The notes below the pieces were generated by a model. That model did no database searches, had not been told where the DNA came from, and was given only the letters and a program-made list of their open reading frames with translations. Positions 61,801 through 64,000 of a stretch of 64,000 nt of DNA are shown here, piece by piece. The stretch is taken from assembly GCA_026770705.1 (NCBI GenBank), contig JANJGN010000039.1, forward strand, positions 4,588,001 to 4,652,000, in the 5' to 3' direction. The position numbers were made by a program, and so were the translations under genes. How positions within the stretch are numbered: the stretch's first letter is position 1; each line of letters starts with the position of its first letter. Source of the stretch: Isurus oxyrinchus. Taxonomy: Eukaryota.

Positions 61801-64000
61801 GGGGTTAGTTGGGTCTGCCGATTATGTGGGGCAATCTGTAGCAATCATCAGATCTGGATGTTATTGGCAGGTAGTTTGAGCGGTTCAGCTAATAATCGAG
61901 CCGGGTAGGTGCGGTGCTTTTTCGGAGTTGATCAAAGGTAGCCGTGTCTGGTCTGTGCAAGTGATAGTTGGAAAGTGTCAGCGTTTGGCAGAACGAGCTC
62001 GGGGGCTGTTGACAGACTCGGGGAAGTGGACTGTTTTGGGCTGTTTTTTTTGGTTCAGGTCATATGGGCTGTCAGGTCCTTAACTTGGTTTAGCAACGTT
62101 TCAGGTTTCATTCAGATCATTGGTTAGTCCGGTTGGTTAATATTGGTGTCAGGTCGCGTCAGGTCAGAATCACTAGCCGGCACCGGCGTGATTCTCTGCT
62201 AAGTTAATTGTGAACAGAATTTGAAATTCAACTTAAGGTGTTTTCTGTTCTTTTGTCACCTATACCAGGGTTGAAGGAATGATCAACATCTGGTTAAAAA
62301 AGAACAGCTGAAAGCAAATTTTACAGACAAGATGGGGGCGTCAATGATTTATGTCTTCACGTCGATGGATTATAGAGTGCAGAATCAATCCATTGCTTGG
62401 ATCATGCATGTGCTGGCTTCCAAAGAAATATCCAGTTTTGGTTCCCGTGTCTGTTCTTTTCCCATAGCGGCTGCAAGTAGCTATTCAGTTCCCTATTGAA
62501 GCTGCTTTCAACGTGTCTGCAGGCAATGCATTCCAGATAGTAACAACTCTCTACAATCATTTTCTTTTCATGGACTCTCTGATACTCTTGACAATTAAAT
62601 TACCTATCCTAGTTAGAGCGAGAAAATGTTTACTTCCCGTTTGAAAAGACCATGGAATATTCATCACCGCGATAACATTTTGCCTTTAACTTCTGCAGTA
62701 AAGGAATGAGCAAGCCCAGCTCCTCTAACCTCTCGATTTCACTGATTGATCTACCATCTCTGGTACCAAAGCAATAACCCGCTCTGCACCCTCCTCATAT
62801 AGTTTGTAATATATATATATAGATAGACATAAATTGGATATGGACAGAATTAATCAATTTTACTTTATTGAATTTCAGCACTCACTCCCAATTGTTCTGT
62901 AGTATTTGCATGGAATGATAAGGCAATAACACATGTGCGCATTTTCCAATTCAAATCAAAGTATTCCAGCAGCTTCAACACGGTGTGTACGTCAGCCCAG
63001 TCTTGACTTGTTCCTCATTTCAAATCGTTGCTTTCAGTTTACATTGACGCTCCTCATTTTCCACTCAATGCAATGCTTTGCACTGCTCTGCATTAAATTG
63101 CATTAGCCGTGTGTCTCTCCAATGCATCAACCTGCCTTTATACTCATGCTTTGTGTTTCTAACTGAGCTTCTTGCTGTTTACTTTTCTGATTTTCTGTAT
63201 TCTACAAAAGGTGAAATTAATGGCAGTTCAATGTTTTGGAAATGTCCCCCTGAAGAATATCAATGTATCCTCCACTCCAGCCTTAACAAGAGCATTAAAT
63301 TAGTCCCCTCGTTATTTTGTACCTCAGCCACTGTCATACCAAAAATGCCAATGCCCCTTTAATGCCCTGATTTCGGTTATCCTCACAGCTCCATTAAAAG
63401 GCACATTATCGCATGCCGCTTCACCATGTATATACATAATAACCACATTATTCTCCTTTAAACTCTCCATTGTTTCACCAAACTTCACCAACTTTGCTAA
63501 ACATGATGTTCGTCTGCTTAGTCATTCATTAAGCCTCTTTTTTTCTCCAAGTGAAGAATGTTGCAGTTTTTTACAATGTGTGGTAATATCTCCAGGATGG
63601 ACTTTAGACTGACAATCTTGAAGTTGCTGGGACCATTCATTTATTTACGTTTTAATGGGATTGGACATTGGTATATTCCAAATCTTGTGGCACCTCACCC
63701 ATATCCATTGATGATTGAAAGATTCTGACCAGAGTTCCCATCATTTCCGCCATCCCTACGCTCAATAATCCTTTCAAACCCCATCATACTGTGCAAATGT
63801 TCCACTGCATTATGGTATAAAACTTCGTCTGGAAGGGGTTAACTGGGCTGGTCTGCTCAGTGACTGTTATTGGTTTCAGTCCCAGTGCTCCGAATTGCGC
63901 CGCTGGAGGTTTCCTTGCAGCTGTTAAAAAGGGAATCTTGTCTTTCTTATGTCCACTGTGTCAGCGAGGGCATCACCCCCGCCATAAAGAGGGAGCAACG
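58878..64000 (+). repeat. Segmental duplication, copy 2 (continues beyond the window; ends here inside the GPCR 5' UTR)
   Basis: The last base, 64000, corresponds to 48571, which is 45 nt before ATG 48616. Confidence 0.98.

Overview
This is repeat-rich, intron-containing vertebrate genomic DNA, probably from a cartilaginous fish (inferred from the look of the repeat and receptor families; not proven). No prokaryotic features, CRISPR arrays or rRNA/tRNA genes were found. The main content is a cluster of two-exon class A GPCR genes of GPR139/GPR142-like type, all with a phase-1 intron at the end of TM1. One gene looks intact (exon 1 11316-11490, exon 2 14556-15433, 350 aa). Around it, on both strands, lie at least five broken, partial or fossil paralogues (1091, 23003/31424, 33611, 48616, about 55260-55835) and a duplicated promoter running off the right edge. 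Between them are decayed Gypsy (Gmr1-type) LTR elements, Harbinger transposons, CR1/L2-type LINEs, SINEs, three minisatellites and a 136-N assembly gap. There is also a recent duplication of at least 5.1 kb (43452-48571 = 58878-64000) carrying an unexplained G/T-skewed element. All identifications are by eye, and repeat boundaries are approximate.
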